In this document: positions 24,725 through 33,742 of the stretch, in pieces
Position numbering within the stretch: the first letter of the stretch is position 1
Layout of the letters: every line of letters begins with the position of its first letter
NCBI GenBank assembly: GCA_964597725.1
Contig: CAZQZA010000001.1
Location: forward strand, 1-38,184
Source: an uncultured Dehalococcoidales bacterium
Lineage (GTDB): Bacteria > Chloroflexota > Dehalococcoidia > Dehalococcoidales > JAUVZE01
DNA: 38,184 nucleotides
Direction: 5' to 3'
Position numbers and translations under genes: made by a program
The notes under the pieces: model-generated
What the model saw: only the letters and a program-made list of their open reading frames with translations
Database searches by the model: none
What the model was told of the DNA's origin: nothing

Positions 24725-26113
24725 TTATCTTTTTATATACTTTCCAAAGCCTTCCTTATTGAGAACTTTGCCATTTTCCATAATCACCTCTCCCCTGAGG
24801 ACGGTTAACACCGGCCAGCCCTTTAGCGTCCATCCGTCCCAGAGAGAGAAGTCAGACAAGCCCTGAAGCATCTCCGGGTTCACCTTTTTCTCCAGGTCAA
24901 GGTCAACGATAGCGAAATCGGCATCACTACCAATCTCTATTGTTCCTTTCTTAGGATAAAGGCCAAATATCTTGGCTGTATTATAGGAAGCCAGTTCAGC
25001 CACCTCCTCCAGAGATAGGCGTCCTTTGTTTACCCCTTCGCTCAAAAGGAGTGGTAGCAATAAGGCAACCCCGGGGAAACCAGGAACAGCGCTCCAGATA
25101 TCCTTTTTCTGTTCTTTCAAGAGGTGACAGTGGTCTGTACCTACTGTATCTATATCCCCATCGACTATCCCTTGCCAGAGGAAATCAATGTCCTCCTGAG
25201 TCCTCAATGGTGGGTTCACCTTGCCAAAAGGACCAATCGGAGAATCTTTGGTCTGAGTTAAATAATGAGTGCAGGTCTCAGCGTAAATCTCTACCGGACT
25301 TCGCTCTCTATGAAGCATTATCTCTCTTAGAGCAGCTTCACAGGTAACATGAACAATATAGGCTGGACAGTTAGTAATCTCAGCAAGATACAAAATACGA
25401 CGAACACTTTCGGCTTCACAAAAGTCTGGCCTACCGTCAGTCCAGGCGGCAAGGTCCTGCCTGCCCTGTGCCTTTAACGGCGCAGTCAGCATGGTGAGAA
25501 GCTCCATACTTTCACAATGTACCATAACAATTACCCCGGGATACTGACTTAACTCAGCAAAAGTTCGATATAAGAACGCATCGTCAACATCGTTTGTTAT
25601 CCCCAGGGCTTTACCCTCAGCACCTTTGTAAGCCATGGAATACTTGAAGGATTTAACTCCGTACTCCTCGATATATTTTTTATACTCCTTTGGCTCTGCT
25701 TGAGAGTTGGTGGATATCATGAGATGCACACCGAAATCAACGTGTGATCGCTCTTCGGCTTTGCCCATAATTTCCCAAAAGTCCTCATAGGGTGATGGCT
25801 GCTGTCCGTACTGACGATAGAAGTGAATGTTAGTGGTTACACCTCCGACTGCCGCTGAAGTTGTTTCCGTGCCGAAGGCCTCATAAAATGAACCATAAGG
25901 AGCCCCAGGATATCCAGGGTGGCTATGGGGGTCAATAATTCCGGGCAGGACATACTTTCCACTTATATCTACTTCCTTCTTGGCGGATACCTCTTCGGAA
26001 GGAGACAGGATTGCTACCACCTTTTCGCCCCTTATTCCTATGTTTCCTTCGATAATTCCGCGCTGAGGGATAACTAACTTCCCATTCTTGATAAGCAAAT
26101 CAAATTGGCTCAT
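24725..26113 (-). CDS. Cyclic amidohydrolase of the dihydropyrimidinase/hydantoinase type
   Basis: 462 aa with an AAGGAGG RBS. The metal-site motifs appear intact: IDPHSH, SFKYSMAYK (the carboxylated-Lys context), VMVHCES, YIVHVTC and GTDHC. Confidence 0.85.
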   Translation of the reverse strand: MSQFDLLIKNGKLVIPQRGIIEGNIGIRGEKVVAILSPSEEVSAKKEVDISGKYVLPGIIDPHSHPGYPGAPYGSFYEAFGTETTSAAVGGVTTNIHFYRQYGQQPSPYEDFWEIMGKAEERSHVDFGVHLMISTNSQAEPKEYKKYIEEYGVKSFKYSMAYKGAEGKALGITNDVDDAFLYRTFAELSQYPGVIVMVHCESMELLTMLTAPLKAQGRQDLAAWTDGRPDFCEAESVRRILYLAEITNCPAYIVHVTCEAALREIMLHRERSPVEIYAETCTHYLTQTKDSPIGPFGKVNPPLRTQEDIDFLWQGIVDGDIDTVGTDHCHLLKEQKKDIWSAVPGFPGVALLLPLLLSEGVNKGRLSLEEVAELASYNTAKIFGLYPKKGTIEIGSDADFAIVDLDLEKKVNPEMLQGLSDFSLWDGWTLKGWPVLTVLRGEVIMENGKVLNKEGFGKYIKR

Positions 26114-26138
26114 AAGTTAATTCCTCCTTAATATAATA

Positions 26139-28265
26139 TTATTTGTTACGCTTCAAACATAGCGCATCAAGCACTTTTGCTCCTTGGCCATCTTCAAAGA
26201 CCACTACCGGGTTCAAATCGAGCTCTGAAACTGACTCGCCCCAGTCTGAAGCTAAGTTTGATACCTTCAATAGCAGGTCAATGATAGCCATGATATCAGC
26301 CTTAGGTTTACCTCGAACACCGGCTAGCACCTGATACCCTTTAATTTCTCGTACCATCTCTTCAGCATCTCGACGTGTTATTGGCAATAGACGCATAGAA
26401 ACGTCCTTCAGAATCTCGACAAGAATTCCCCCAAGACCAAACATGAGTACCAGCCCAAATTGGGGGTCTCGAGAAACACCGATGATGACTTCAACACCTT
26501 CTTTAGCCATCTCTTGAACCAGAACCCCCTCAATCTTGGCTTTTGGTGCATAGTTTTGACAGTTAGCCAGTATCTCGGAGTAAGCCTTAATTAAGGCAGA
26601 CTTACTGGTCAGATTTAGCCTGATGCCGCCGGCTTCACTCTTGTGAGTAATCTGTGGGGAGTTAACCTTGAGCGCTACCGGATAACCTATCTTCTCAGCA
26701 ATTTGTGCCGCCTGGGTAGCGGAGGTTGCTACCTCTTCCCTTGTAATCGGGATTCCGTACAAAGCAAGGAGCAACTTCGCTTCGTGTTCGGTCATGGTTT
26801 GTTCGGATGTGCTGAAAATGGTCTCAGCTTTACGGCAGTCAATTGATACTGGAAGTGCCTCTTTGTCCCTAACCAGGAATCTCTCTCTCATCTGTGAGTA
26901 GGTAACCGCTGACTTCACTGCTTTGATGCACCGTTCAGGTGACTTGAATAGGGTTACCTTGCTTTCGTCGAGCAATCCAAACGCTGATTCCGATAGATTC
27001 CCTGCTGCCCACCAGCTGACGAATGGTTTATCAACTGTCTTTGCAGCGTCAATGATGTAAGTTGCTCTTGCCCTGGCTCGCTCCCCCGGTACCATAGATA
27101 TGGCTACAGCGACGACATCAATGTTTTCATCTTGTGAAAAAAGCTGGATTACACCCTTAAACATTTCCGGCTGGCTGTATAGTTGGCCGGTCAGGTCCAT
27201 CGGATTTCCTACGGTAGCGAACGATTCGACCTTTTGGGATAATTGTTCCCGGGTAAATTGAGACAGAGCGGGTAGACTTAGTCCGTTTTTGACAATCTTG
27301 TCGGCGAGGATGATAGCTCCTCCTCCAGTACCAGTGAGAATGCCCACCCGATTCCCCTTGGGTAGTTTGCTTTTTGAAAACAGCATAGCTGTCTCAATCA
27401 GGTCATCGTACTCCTCAACCCTGATTACTCCATATTGCTTGAATACCGCTGAATAGACAGCATCAGACCCAGTTAGGGAACCAGTATGGGTAGCGGCTAC
27501 CCTTTTCCCACCTTCAGTCTCCCCTACCTTTAGTAGAACAATCGGCTTTCCCAGCTCTAAGGCTCGCTTTGCCACTTTGGCAAACTTTCTGGTATCTCTG
27601 ATACCTTCTACGTATGCCATAATGACCTGCGTGTTGGGGTCGTCTACCAGGAATGCCATAAAATCGGTGAGGTCTAAATCTGCCTCATTGCCGGTCGAGA
27701 TGAAGTAGCTGAACCCGATGTTCCTGCTCTGAGCCCGATTGACAATGGACCCCCCCAAGGCACCACTCTCGGAAACAAAACCTATGTTCCCGGGTACCAA
27801 TCGGTCTGCTTCCAGGAATCCACTGAACGACATGGCGGTATCCTCAGCAAAATTAACGATGCCAATGCAGTTAGGCCCGCAAACTTTCATTTCACCTTGT
27901 TTTATTATTTGGCGAAGCTCTTCCTGTTTACATTTTCCTTCCTCGCCGGTTTCGGCAAAACCAGCGCTATAGATAATAGCTGTCTTTATCCCCCGCTGGG
28001 CGCATTCTCTGAGAGAGTCAGGGACTAGCTTTGCCGCCAGGGCTATTAGAGCTGTATCTATTCTTTCGGGCAGATTTCGGACATTAGGGTAGCACTGAAT
28101 TCCAGCGATTTCCTCATATTTCGGGTTAACCGGATAGATTTTTCCCCGGTACCCGAATTTGAGGAGATACTTAAGCAACATCCCCCCAATTCGGCCAAAA
28201 TCATCTGAGGCTCCGACAACAGCAATCGACTTTGGAGCAAGCAATGCGTTTAAGGTTTCGTTCAT
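26139..28265 (-). CDS. NDP(ADP)-forming acyl-CoA synthetase, fused alpha plus ATP-grasp beta domains
   Basis: 708 aa. It has a CoA-binding N-terminus (SIAVVGAS...YPVNPK), a phosphohistidine motif THTGSLTGS, and a C-terminal ATP-grasp (EHEAKLLLALYGIPI...GYPVALKV). Confidence 0.85.
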   Translation of the reverse strand: MNETLNALLAPKSIAVVGASDDFGRIGGMLLKYLLKFGYRGKIYPVNPKYEEIAGIQCYPNVRNLPERIDTALIALAAKLVPDSLRECAQRGIKTAIIYSAGFAETGEEGKCKQEELRQIIKQGEMKVCGPNCIGIVNFAEDTAMSFSGFLEADRLVPGNIGFVSESGALGGSIVNRAQSRNIGFSYFISTGNEADLDLTDFMAFLVDDPNTQVIMAYVEGIRDTRKFAKVAKRALELGKPIVLLKVGETEGGKRVAATHTGSLTGSDAVYSAVFKQYGVIRVEEYDDLIETAMLFSKSKLPKGNRVGILTGTGGGAIILADKIVKNGLSLPALSQFTREQLSQKVESFATVGNPMDLTGQLYSQPEMFKGVIQLFSQDENIDVVAVAISMVPGERARARATYIIDAAKTVDKPFVSWWAAGNLSESAFGLLDESKVTLFKSPERCIKAVKSAVTYSQMRERFLVRDKEALPVSIDCRKAETIFSTSEQTMTEHEAKLLLALYGIPITREEVATSATQAAQIAEKIGYPVALKVNSPQITHKSEAGGIRLNLTSKSALIKAYSEILANCQNYAPKAKIEGVLVQEMAKEGVEVIIGVSRDPQFGLVLMFGLGGILVEILKDVSMRLLPITRRDAEEMVREIKGYQVLAGVRGKPKADIMAIIDLLLKVSNLASDWGESVSELDLNPVVVFEDGQGAKVLDALCLKRNK

Positions 28266-28296
28266 TATCTATCTTCCTAGTGCCCAGAAAGGGTTC

Positions 28297-29862
28297 TTAA
28301 AGCGGAATATTGCCATGCTTTTTAGGGTATTTAAGCTCTGTCTTTCTTCCCATCATGTTCAACGCTTTGATTAGCATGGGGCGAGTGTCCCTGGGGTCGA
28401 TAATCTCTTCGATTCGCATCAGACCAGCAGCATGATAGGGCTGCTTTCCCCATTGGCTACGGTATTCCTCTAACCTTTTCTTCTTCAACTCTTCAGGATT
28501 CTCGGCAGCGGCTATCTCTTTCCCATAAAGAATGTTCACCGCCCCCGAACCACCCATCAGTGCTACCTCAGCAGTGGGCCAGGCAAGTGCCAGGTCACAG
28601 CCCATAGGCTCATAGCACATCGCCGCACTGGCTCCTCCATATGATTTTCTAATATAGACGGTTATCTTGGGTACTGTCGACTCGGCTATTGCATACAGAA
28701 CCTTGGCTCCGTGCCGTATAATTCCTTGATGCTCCTGTTCCTTCCCCGGCAAGTAAGCTGGTGTGTCAACCATGAATATCAGCGGAATGCTAAAGGCATC
28801 GCAGAATCGAATAAAGCGCGCCTCTTTGTCGGAACTATTGATATCCAATGCCCCTGCCAGGTACAGGGGATTGTTAGCCACTATCCCCACCGCATTTCCA
28901 CCAAGCCGGGCAAAACCAACAATTATGTTCTTAGCGTACTCAGCCTTAATCTCGAAGAAATCGCCGTTGTCCACAACCCGGCTGATAACCTTGTGCATGT
29001 CAAAAGGCTTCGCCGGATTCGTAGGTACAATATCCAGAAGGTCTTCTTCCCTGCGGTTAACATCATCTCCAGTGTCTTGGTAAGGAGGCTTTTCGGTGCA
29101 ATTCTGGGGCAGAAAACCTAGCAGTTTCCTTGTCTTTCTCAGGCAGTCCTCGTCGTTATCGGTCAGTAAATCACAACAGCCGCTCACCGTGGCATGAATT
29201 TTAGCTCCGCCAAGTTCTTGGTCAGTAATATCCTCTGAAGTGGCAGATTTTAGCAGTGTAGGAGAAGCAATGTACATATAACTGGTATCCTTGACCATAA
29301 AAAGCATGTCATGCAGCATGGGCGAATAGGAAGCACCAGCAGCACAGGGGCCCATCATCAGGGCAATCTGTGGGATAACGCCGGAAGAGTTAGTGTGATA
29401 ATAAAACATAGTGGCGTAACTATCGTTGGGATCAGCAGTGACATAATCCTGGACTCTTACACCACCTGAATCTATCATGCCAATTACCGGCACCTGCATC
29501 TTAAGTGCTCTTTTTAGGAGCCTGATGATTTTTTTGGCGTGAGTTGAGCCTAGTGTCCCGGCCAGTACGGTGAAATCCTGGGCATAGATGCAGACTGGTC
29601 GTCTATCTATTTCGCCGTACCCGGTAATTACTCCATCCCCTGGGAATTCACGTTGGTCAATATCGAAGCCAGTTTTCCGGGATAATGCCCACAGGTCAAA
29701 TTCGACAAATGAGCCTGTGTCCAGGAGCTTACCAATCCTCTCTCGGGCGGTTAACTTACCTTGAGCGTGTTGCTTCTCAATTGCCGGTAAGCCCCCACCC
29801 TGTGTCAAACGCGCTCGCTTCTTTTCTAGCTCTTCAAGCCGACTACGCATGTCATCTTCCAT
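28297..29862 (-). CDS. Acyl-CoA carboxyltransferase subunit (GcdA / MmdA / PccB family)
   Basis: About 521 aa from the ATG at 29862 (RBS GGAGGGG; the track starts at a TTG at 29874). RIGKLLDTGSFVEF...GDGVITGYG and the two-domain length are typical of the carboxyltransferase family. Confidence 0.85.
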   Translation of the reverse strand: MEDDMRSRLEELEKKRARLTQGGGLPAIEKQHAQGKLTARERIGKLLDTGSFVEFDLWALSRKTGFDIDQREFPGDGVITGYGEIDRRPVCIYAQDFTVLAGTLGSTHAKKIIRLLKRALKMQVPVIGMIDSGGVRVQDYVTADPNDSYATMFYYHTNSSGVIPQIALMMGPCAAGASYSPMLHDMLFMVKDTSYMYIASPTLLKSATSEDITDQELGGAKIHATVSGCCDLLTDNDEDCLRKTRKLLGFLPQNCTEKPPYQDTGDDVNRREEDLLDIVPTNPAKPFDMHKVISRVVDNGDFFEIKAEYAKNIIVGFARLGGNAVGIVANNPLYLAGALDINSSDKEARFIRFCDAFSIPLIFMVDTPAYLPGKEQEHQGIIRHGAKVLYAIAESTVPKITVYIRKSYGGASAAMCYEPMGCDLALAWPTAEVALMGGSGAVNILYGKEIAAAENPEELKKKRLEEYRSQWGKQPYHAAGLMRIEEIIDPRDTRPMLIKALNMMGRKTELKYPKKHGNIPL

Positions 29863-29924
29863 TTTCCCCTCCAAAAAACTCTCCTGCTGACCTGTTCCTA
29901 GACCGCTGAGTTCCGATTAGTAGA

Positions 29925-30422
29925 TTAGACAGCACTTAGATTTTTGCCTGTCTGAATCGATTCAGCAGCTTTCTTGATGGCATCGACTATCTTCACATAG
30001 CCGGTGCAACGGCAGAGGTTGCCTCCTATTGCCCGTTTAATCTCCTCCTCGGTAGGGTTAGGGTTCTCATCCAGTAAGGCCTTGGCTGACATTATCATCC
30101 CTGGAGTACAATAACCGCACTGGATAGCTCCATACTGGATAAAGGCTTCTTGAACAGGGTGTAACTGTCCTTTGTTAGCTAAGCCCTCAATGGTCAGCAC
30201 TTCCCTGTCATCGGCCTCCACGGCTAGTACAAGACAAGAGTTAACCGTTTTTCCGTCCATGATGATGGTGCATGCCCCACAATCGCCACGGTTGCACCCT
30301 TTCTTGGCTCCGGTTAGACTGAGTTTGTCACGCAGAACATCCAGCAGTGATTCGCGTGGCTCCACAGCAACTGTGTAAGACTCCCCGTTCACAGTTAGCC
30401 TAATATTATGCTTCACCTTCAC
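29925..30422 (-). CDS. [2Fe-2S]-binding small subunit of the Mo hydroxylase (set 2)
   Basis: 165 aa. It contains GCNRGDCGACTI, QCGYCTPGM and LCRCTGY. Confidence 0.9.
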   Translation of the reverse strand: MKVKHNIRLTVNGESYTVAVEPRESLLDVLRDKLSLTGAKKGCNRGDCGACTIIMDGKTVNSCLVLAVEADDREVLTIEGLANKGQLHPVQEAFIQYGAIQCGYCTPGMIMSAKALLDENPNPTEEEIKRAIGGNLCRCTGYVKIVDAIKKAAESIQTGKNLSAV

Positions 30423-31299
30423 TCCCTCCAGACTTTAGCTTCTCCAGTGCCTGGACGATACTCTGGTTTACCAGTACTTCGATGATTTGCTTCCTATACC
30501 ATAAGGAAGCTCTGACATCGGTTATCGGGGCTGCTTCCTCAGAGGCCACCTTAGCTGCTTCCTTGATAAAGAAATCACTTATCTTGTTTCCCCTGAGTAC
30601 TGCTTCTGCTCTCTTTGCTCTAAGCGGCGTTGGCGCAACTGCTCCCAGCACCATTCTGATATCTGTGCAGTTAGCAAGAGCTGAGTCCATAGTTAATGTG
30701 GAAGCAACACCCACTAGGGCTAGGTCCGTAGCTTTGCGTCGGCTGAATTTCAAATAGATTCCCTCCGAATGAGCTCTCATGTTGGGCACCCTTACTTCTT
30801 TTAAAATCTGGCCTTTACCCAGAACGGTCTCACCTGGGCCGGTAAAGAACTCTTCCAGTGGCAACAGACTCTCACCATCCGGTCCAGCCAGTGTTACTGA
30901 TGCACCTAGGCCAAGCAAGGAGGGCGCCATATCGGCAGAGGGTGCAGCATTGCATAGATTTCCCCCCACGGTTGCTTTATTGCGTACCTGTACTGAGCCT
31001 AATGTCCCCGCCGCCTGGCTCAGTATGCTGAACTTCTCCTGTATAAGCTTGGATTTCTCGATGTCACATATATTGACCAGTGCCCCTATTCTAAGCCCTT
31101 CAGCCTCACTATAATCAATACCACTCAAATCGGTAATGTGTTTTAGGTCAATGAGCACTGCTGGCTGCAACACCCGGTCCCGCATCTTCACCAGCAAGTC
31201 CGTGCCTCCGGCTAATATTGCGGCTTTCCCATCATGCTGAACAAGCAAGCTAACCGCTTCTTCTAGCTTTTCTGGTACCACATATTCAAAGCTTTTCAT
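30406..31299 (-). CDS. FAD-binding medium subunit of the Mo hydroxylase (set 2)
   Basis: 297 aa with the ILAGGTDLLVKMR motif. It has no Cys-rich insertion. Its start overlaps the large-subunit stop by 4 nt. Confidence 0.85.
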   Translation of the reverse strand: MKSFEYVVPEKLEEAVSLLVQHDGKAAILAGGTDLLVKMRDRVLQPAVLIDLKHITDLSGIDYSEAEGLRIGALVNICDIEKSKLIQEKFSILSQAAGTLGSVQVRNKATVGGNLCNAAPSADMAPSLLGLGASVTLAGPDGESLLPLEEFFTGPGETVLGKGQILKEVRVPNMRAHSEGIYLKFSRRKATDLALVGVASTLTMDSALANCTDIRMVLGAVAPTPLRAKRAEAVLRGNKISDFFIKEAAKVASEEAAPITDVRASLWYRKQIIEVLVNQSIVQALEKLKSGGSEGEA

Positions 31300-33617
31300 C
31301 TATTCTCTCCCCTTTCTTTAAGCGCTTTTAGTATCTTTTCAGAGGTTATGGGGAGTTCTGTGAACCTGATTCCGATGGCATCATAGATAGCATTAGCCAC
31401 AGCAGGTGCTGTAGGAATCAGGACAGCTTCACCAATACCTTTGGCGCCAAAGGGGCCGTTTGGCTCGTTAGATTCGACAATGATTGAGGATATTGGCGGG
31501 ATGTCCATTGCGGTTAGAATGGTATAGTCAGTAAGGTTTGGATTCATAATCTTCCCATCAGGCTGCAACTTCACTTCCTCGATGAGTGCTAAGCCTATTC
31601 CTTGGACCACTCCGCCCTCGATCTGTCCCTCGCAGCACATGGGATTGATAGCCTTACCTGCATCATGAGCGGCAATAAATCTAAGAATATTTACCTTACC
31701 CGTTTCTCGGTCGACCTCGACTTCAACTACTTGGGCGGCAAAGGCAAGGCATGGAACAGGCAAGGCATACCAGGTGATTGGGTCAAAATCCTTTGTTTGA
31801 GGAGGTTCATTAAAGTAGCCAACCCCCACAATAGGCGCATTCTTTTTGAGATAACTGCTGGCAGCTACCTGTGCCAAGTCTATTGAGGAACTTGGGCTCT
31901 TCTTTACTAAAACCTTCCCGTCTCTCAACTCTAGCTCGCTAATATCAGCATCAAGCATTCCTGAGGCGAGTCCCAGTATCTTGGACCTCGCATCCTTTGC
32001 TGCTCTCAAAACAGCATTCCCGGCACACAGGGTAACTCGGGAGCCGTAAGTGCCTGCACAGGGAGGAGTTATACTAGTATCTGTTCCCACCAATCTTATC
32101 TGGTCAATGGAGACCCCAAGGGCTTCGGCAGCAATTTGAGACAATATAGTATCAGAGCCCTGCCCGATATCAGATGCTCCCATAGCCAGTGTAAATGCCC
32201 CGCTCCAATCTAAGGTAATTGAAGCTCCGGAGTAGTTGACCCCGCTTCCCATACTGGCGCCACCGGTGTAAATCATGCAGGCCATCCCCACACCGCGGGA
32301 GCTATGTTTACTTGTTTCCTTCCTAGTTTTCTCCCATTGGATTGCCTCCGAAGACTTCTCAATGCATTCCTTGAGTCCACAACTTGTTATCCGCATCAAA
32401 TTAGCTGTCATGTCTCCGGTCTGGTTGGCGTTCTTTAACCTCAACTCCTTGGGGTCCATTCTCAATTCACTGGCAATCTTGTCTATCATGCTCTCGTGGG
32501 CAAAGGTAACCTGAACATCTCCAAAACCGCGCATGGCGCCGCCATAGTTTTTATTGGTGTAGACCAGACGGCCATCAAACTTGACATTGGGAAAGCGGTA
32601 CAAAGCGCAGAACCAGGTACAGGCATAGGAGAGAACGGCAGGGCCATAACTGTTATAAGCGCCGTTATCCATCACCACATAGGCCTCTTTTGCCAGTAGC
32701 GTACCGTCTTTCTTTGCCCCCATCTTGACCTTGATGATGAAGGGGTGTCGGCACCTTGTGCCGTAAAATTCATCTTGTCTAGAAAGGGATATCTTGACTG
32801 GTCTGCCCGTCGCCTGTGCTAGGAAGACAGTTATGGGTTCAACAGTCTCCATTTTACAGGACCTACCAAACCCACCGCCCATGTATGGCTTGATTACCCG
32901 GATATTCTTTAGGGGCAGGTTACAAGCGTGTGATATCCTTTGCCTCATGTCGTGAGGTACCTGCGTGGTGGACCACAGGGTAAGCCGCCCTGATGAGTCG
33001 AAGGTGGCTATAGTAGTCTGGGTCTCCAAACAGGTATGGGCTTGAGTTTGGGTGGTGAAACGTTCCTCAAGAATGTAATCACTTTCGGCAAAGCCTTTTT
33101 GGACATCCCCGATTTCAATGAATGCATGTCTGGCAATATTACTTTCCAGGTGCTCGTGGATTCTAGGGGCATCTGGTTGTATTGCTTTCTCTGGATCGAA
33201 GACTGTAGGAAGAGGCTCGTAATCAACCTTGATTAACTCTAGTGCTTCCTCGGCAGTATCTTCGTCTATGGCAGCCACCGCTGCCACTTCATCTCCAACG
33301 AAGCGGATTTTTCCCGCTGCTAGGGGCAGCTTATCGGCTAATTGAGGAATGACACTGAATTTGATTTTTGGTGTATCGTCAGCGGTAATAACGGCTTTGA
33401 CACCAGGCAACCTTCTAGCGCGAGTTACATCAATATTGGTAATTCGAGCATGAGGTAGCGGGCTTCTCAAAATCTTGCCAACCAGCATGCCCGGCAATCG
33501 CATATCCGTAGTATAAATAGCTGCTCCCGTGACCTTTTCTCTGGCATCCACTCGAGCCACCCTCTCACCGACTACAGAGCCTGAGCCATTAAACTCAGTG
33601 GCAACAGCATTATCCAT
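31296..33617 (-). CDS. Xanthine dehydrogenase/aldehyde oxidase-family molybdopterin-binding large subunit (set 2)
   Basis: 773 aa with an AAGGAGG RBS. It contains KVTGAAIYTTDM, YMGGGFGR, and a C-terminal PFGAKGIGEAVL. Confidence 0.9.
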   Translation of the reverse strand: MDNAVATEFNGSGSVVGERVARVDAREKVTGAAIYTTDMRLPGMLVGKILRSPLPHARITNIDVTRARRLPGVKAVITADDTPKIKFSVIPQLADKLPLAAGKIRFVGDEVAAVAAIDEDTAEEALELIKVDYEPLPTVFDPEKAIQPDAPRIHEHLESNIARHAFIEIGDVQKGFAESDYILEERFTTQTQAHTCLETQTTIATFDSSGRLTLWSTTQVPHDMRQRISHACNLPLKNIRVIKPYMGGGFGRSCKMETVEPITVFLAQATGRPVKISLSRQDEFYGTRCRHPFIIKVKMGAKKDGTLLAKEAYVVMDNGAYNSYGPAVLSYACTWFCALYRFPNVKFDGRLVYTNKNYGGAMRGFGDVQVTFAHESMIDKIASELRMDPKELRLKNANQTGDMTANLMRITSCGLKECIEKSSEAIQWEKTRKETSKHSSRGVGMACMIYTGGASMGSGVNYSGASITLDWSGAFTLAMGASDIGQGSDTILSQIAAEALGVSIDQIRLVGTDTSITPPCAGTYGSRVTLCAGNAVLRAAKDARSKILGLASGMLDADISELELRDGKVLVKKSPSSSIDLAQVAASSYLKKNAPIVGVGYFNEPPQTKDFDPITWYALPVPCLAFAAQVVEVEVDRETGKVNILRFIAAHDAGKAINPMCCEGQIEGGVVQGIGLALIEEVKLQPDGKIMNPNLTDYTILTAMDIPPISSIIVESNEPNGPFGAKGIGEAVLIPTAPAVANAIYDAIGIRFTELPITSEKILKALKERGENR

Positions 33618-33691
33618 GATGCCTGCCTCCTTCTTGATTAGGATTTCACTCGCTGACTGATACCTCTCAGGACAAACATCTCACAAGACCA

Positions 33692-33742
33692 TCATATACG
33701 ATATATTTCTCATAAGATAACATCATCAGTGATATATGTCAA
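33692..33742 (-). promoter_or_regulatory. Putative promoter of the Mo-hydroxylase (set 2) operon plus the conserved 14-nt motif
   Basis: Read on the minus strand: TTGACA (33742-33737), 17-nt spacer, TATCTT (33719-33714), 8 nt, TATATCGTATATGA (33705-33692), about 75 nt upstream of the ATG at 33617. Confidence 0.45.
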
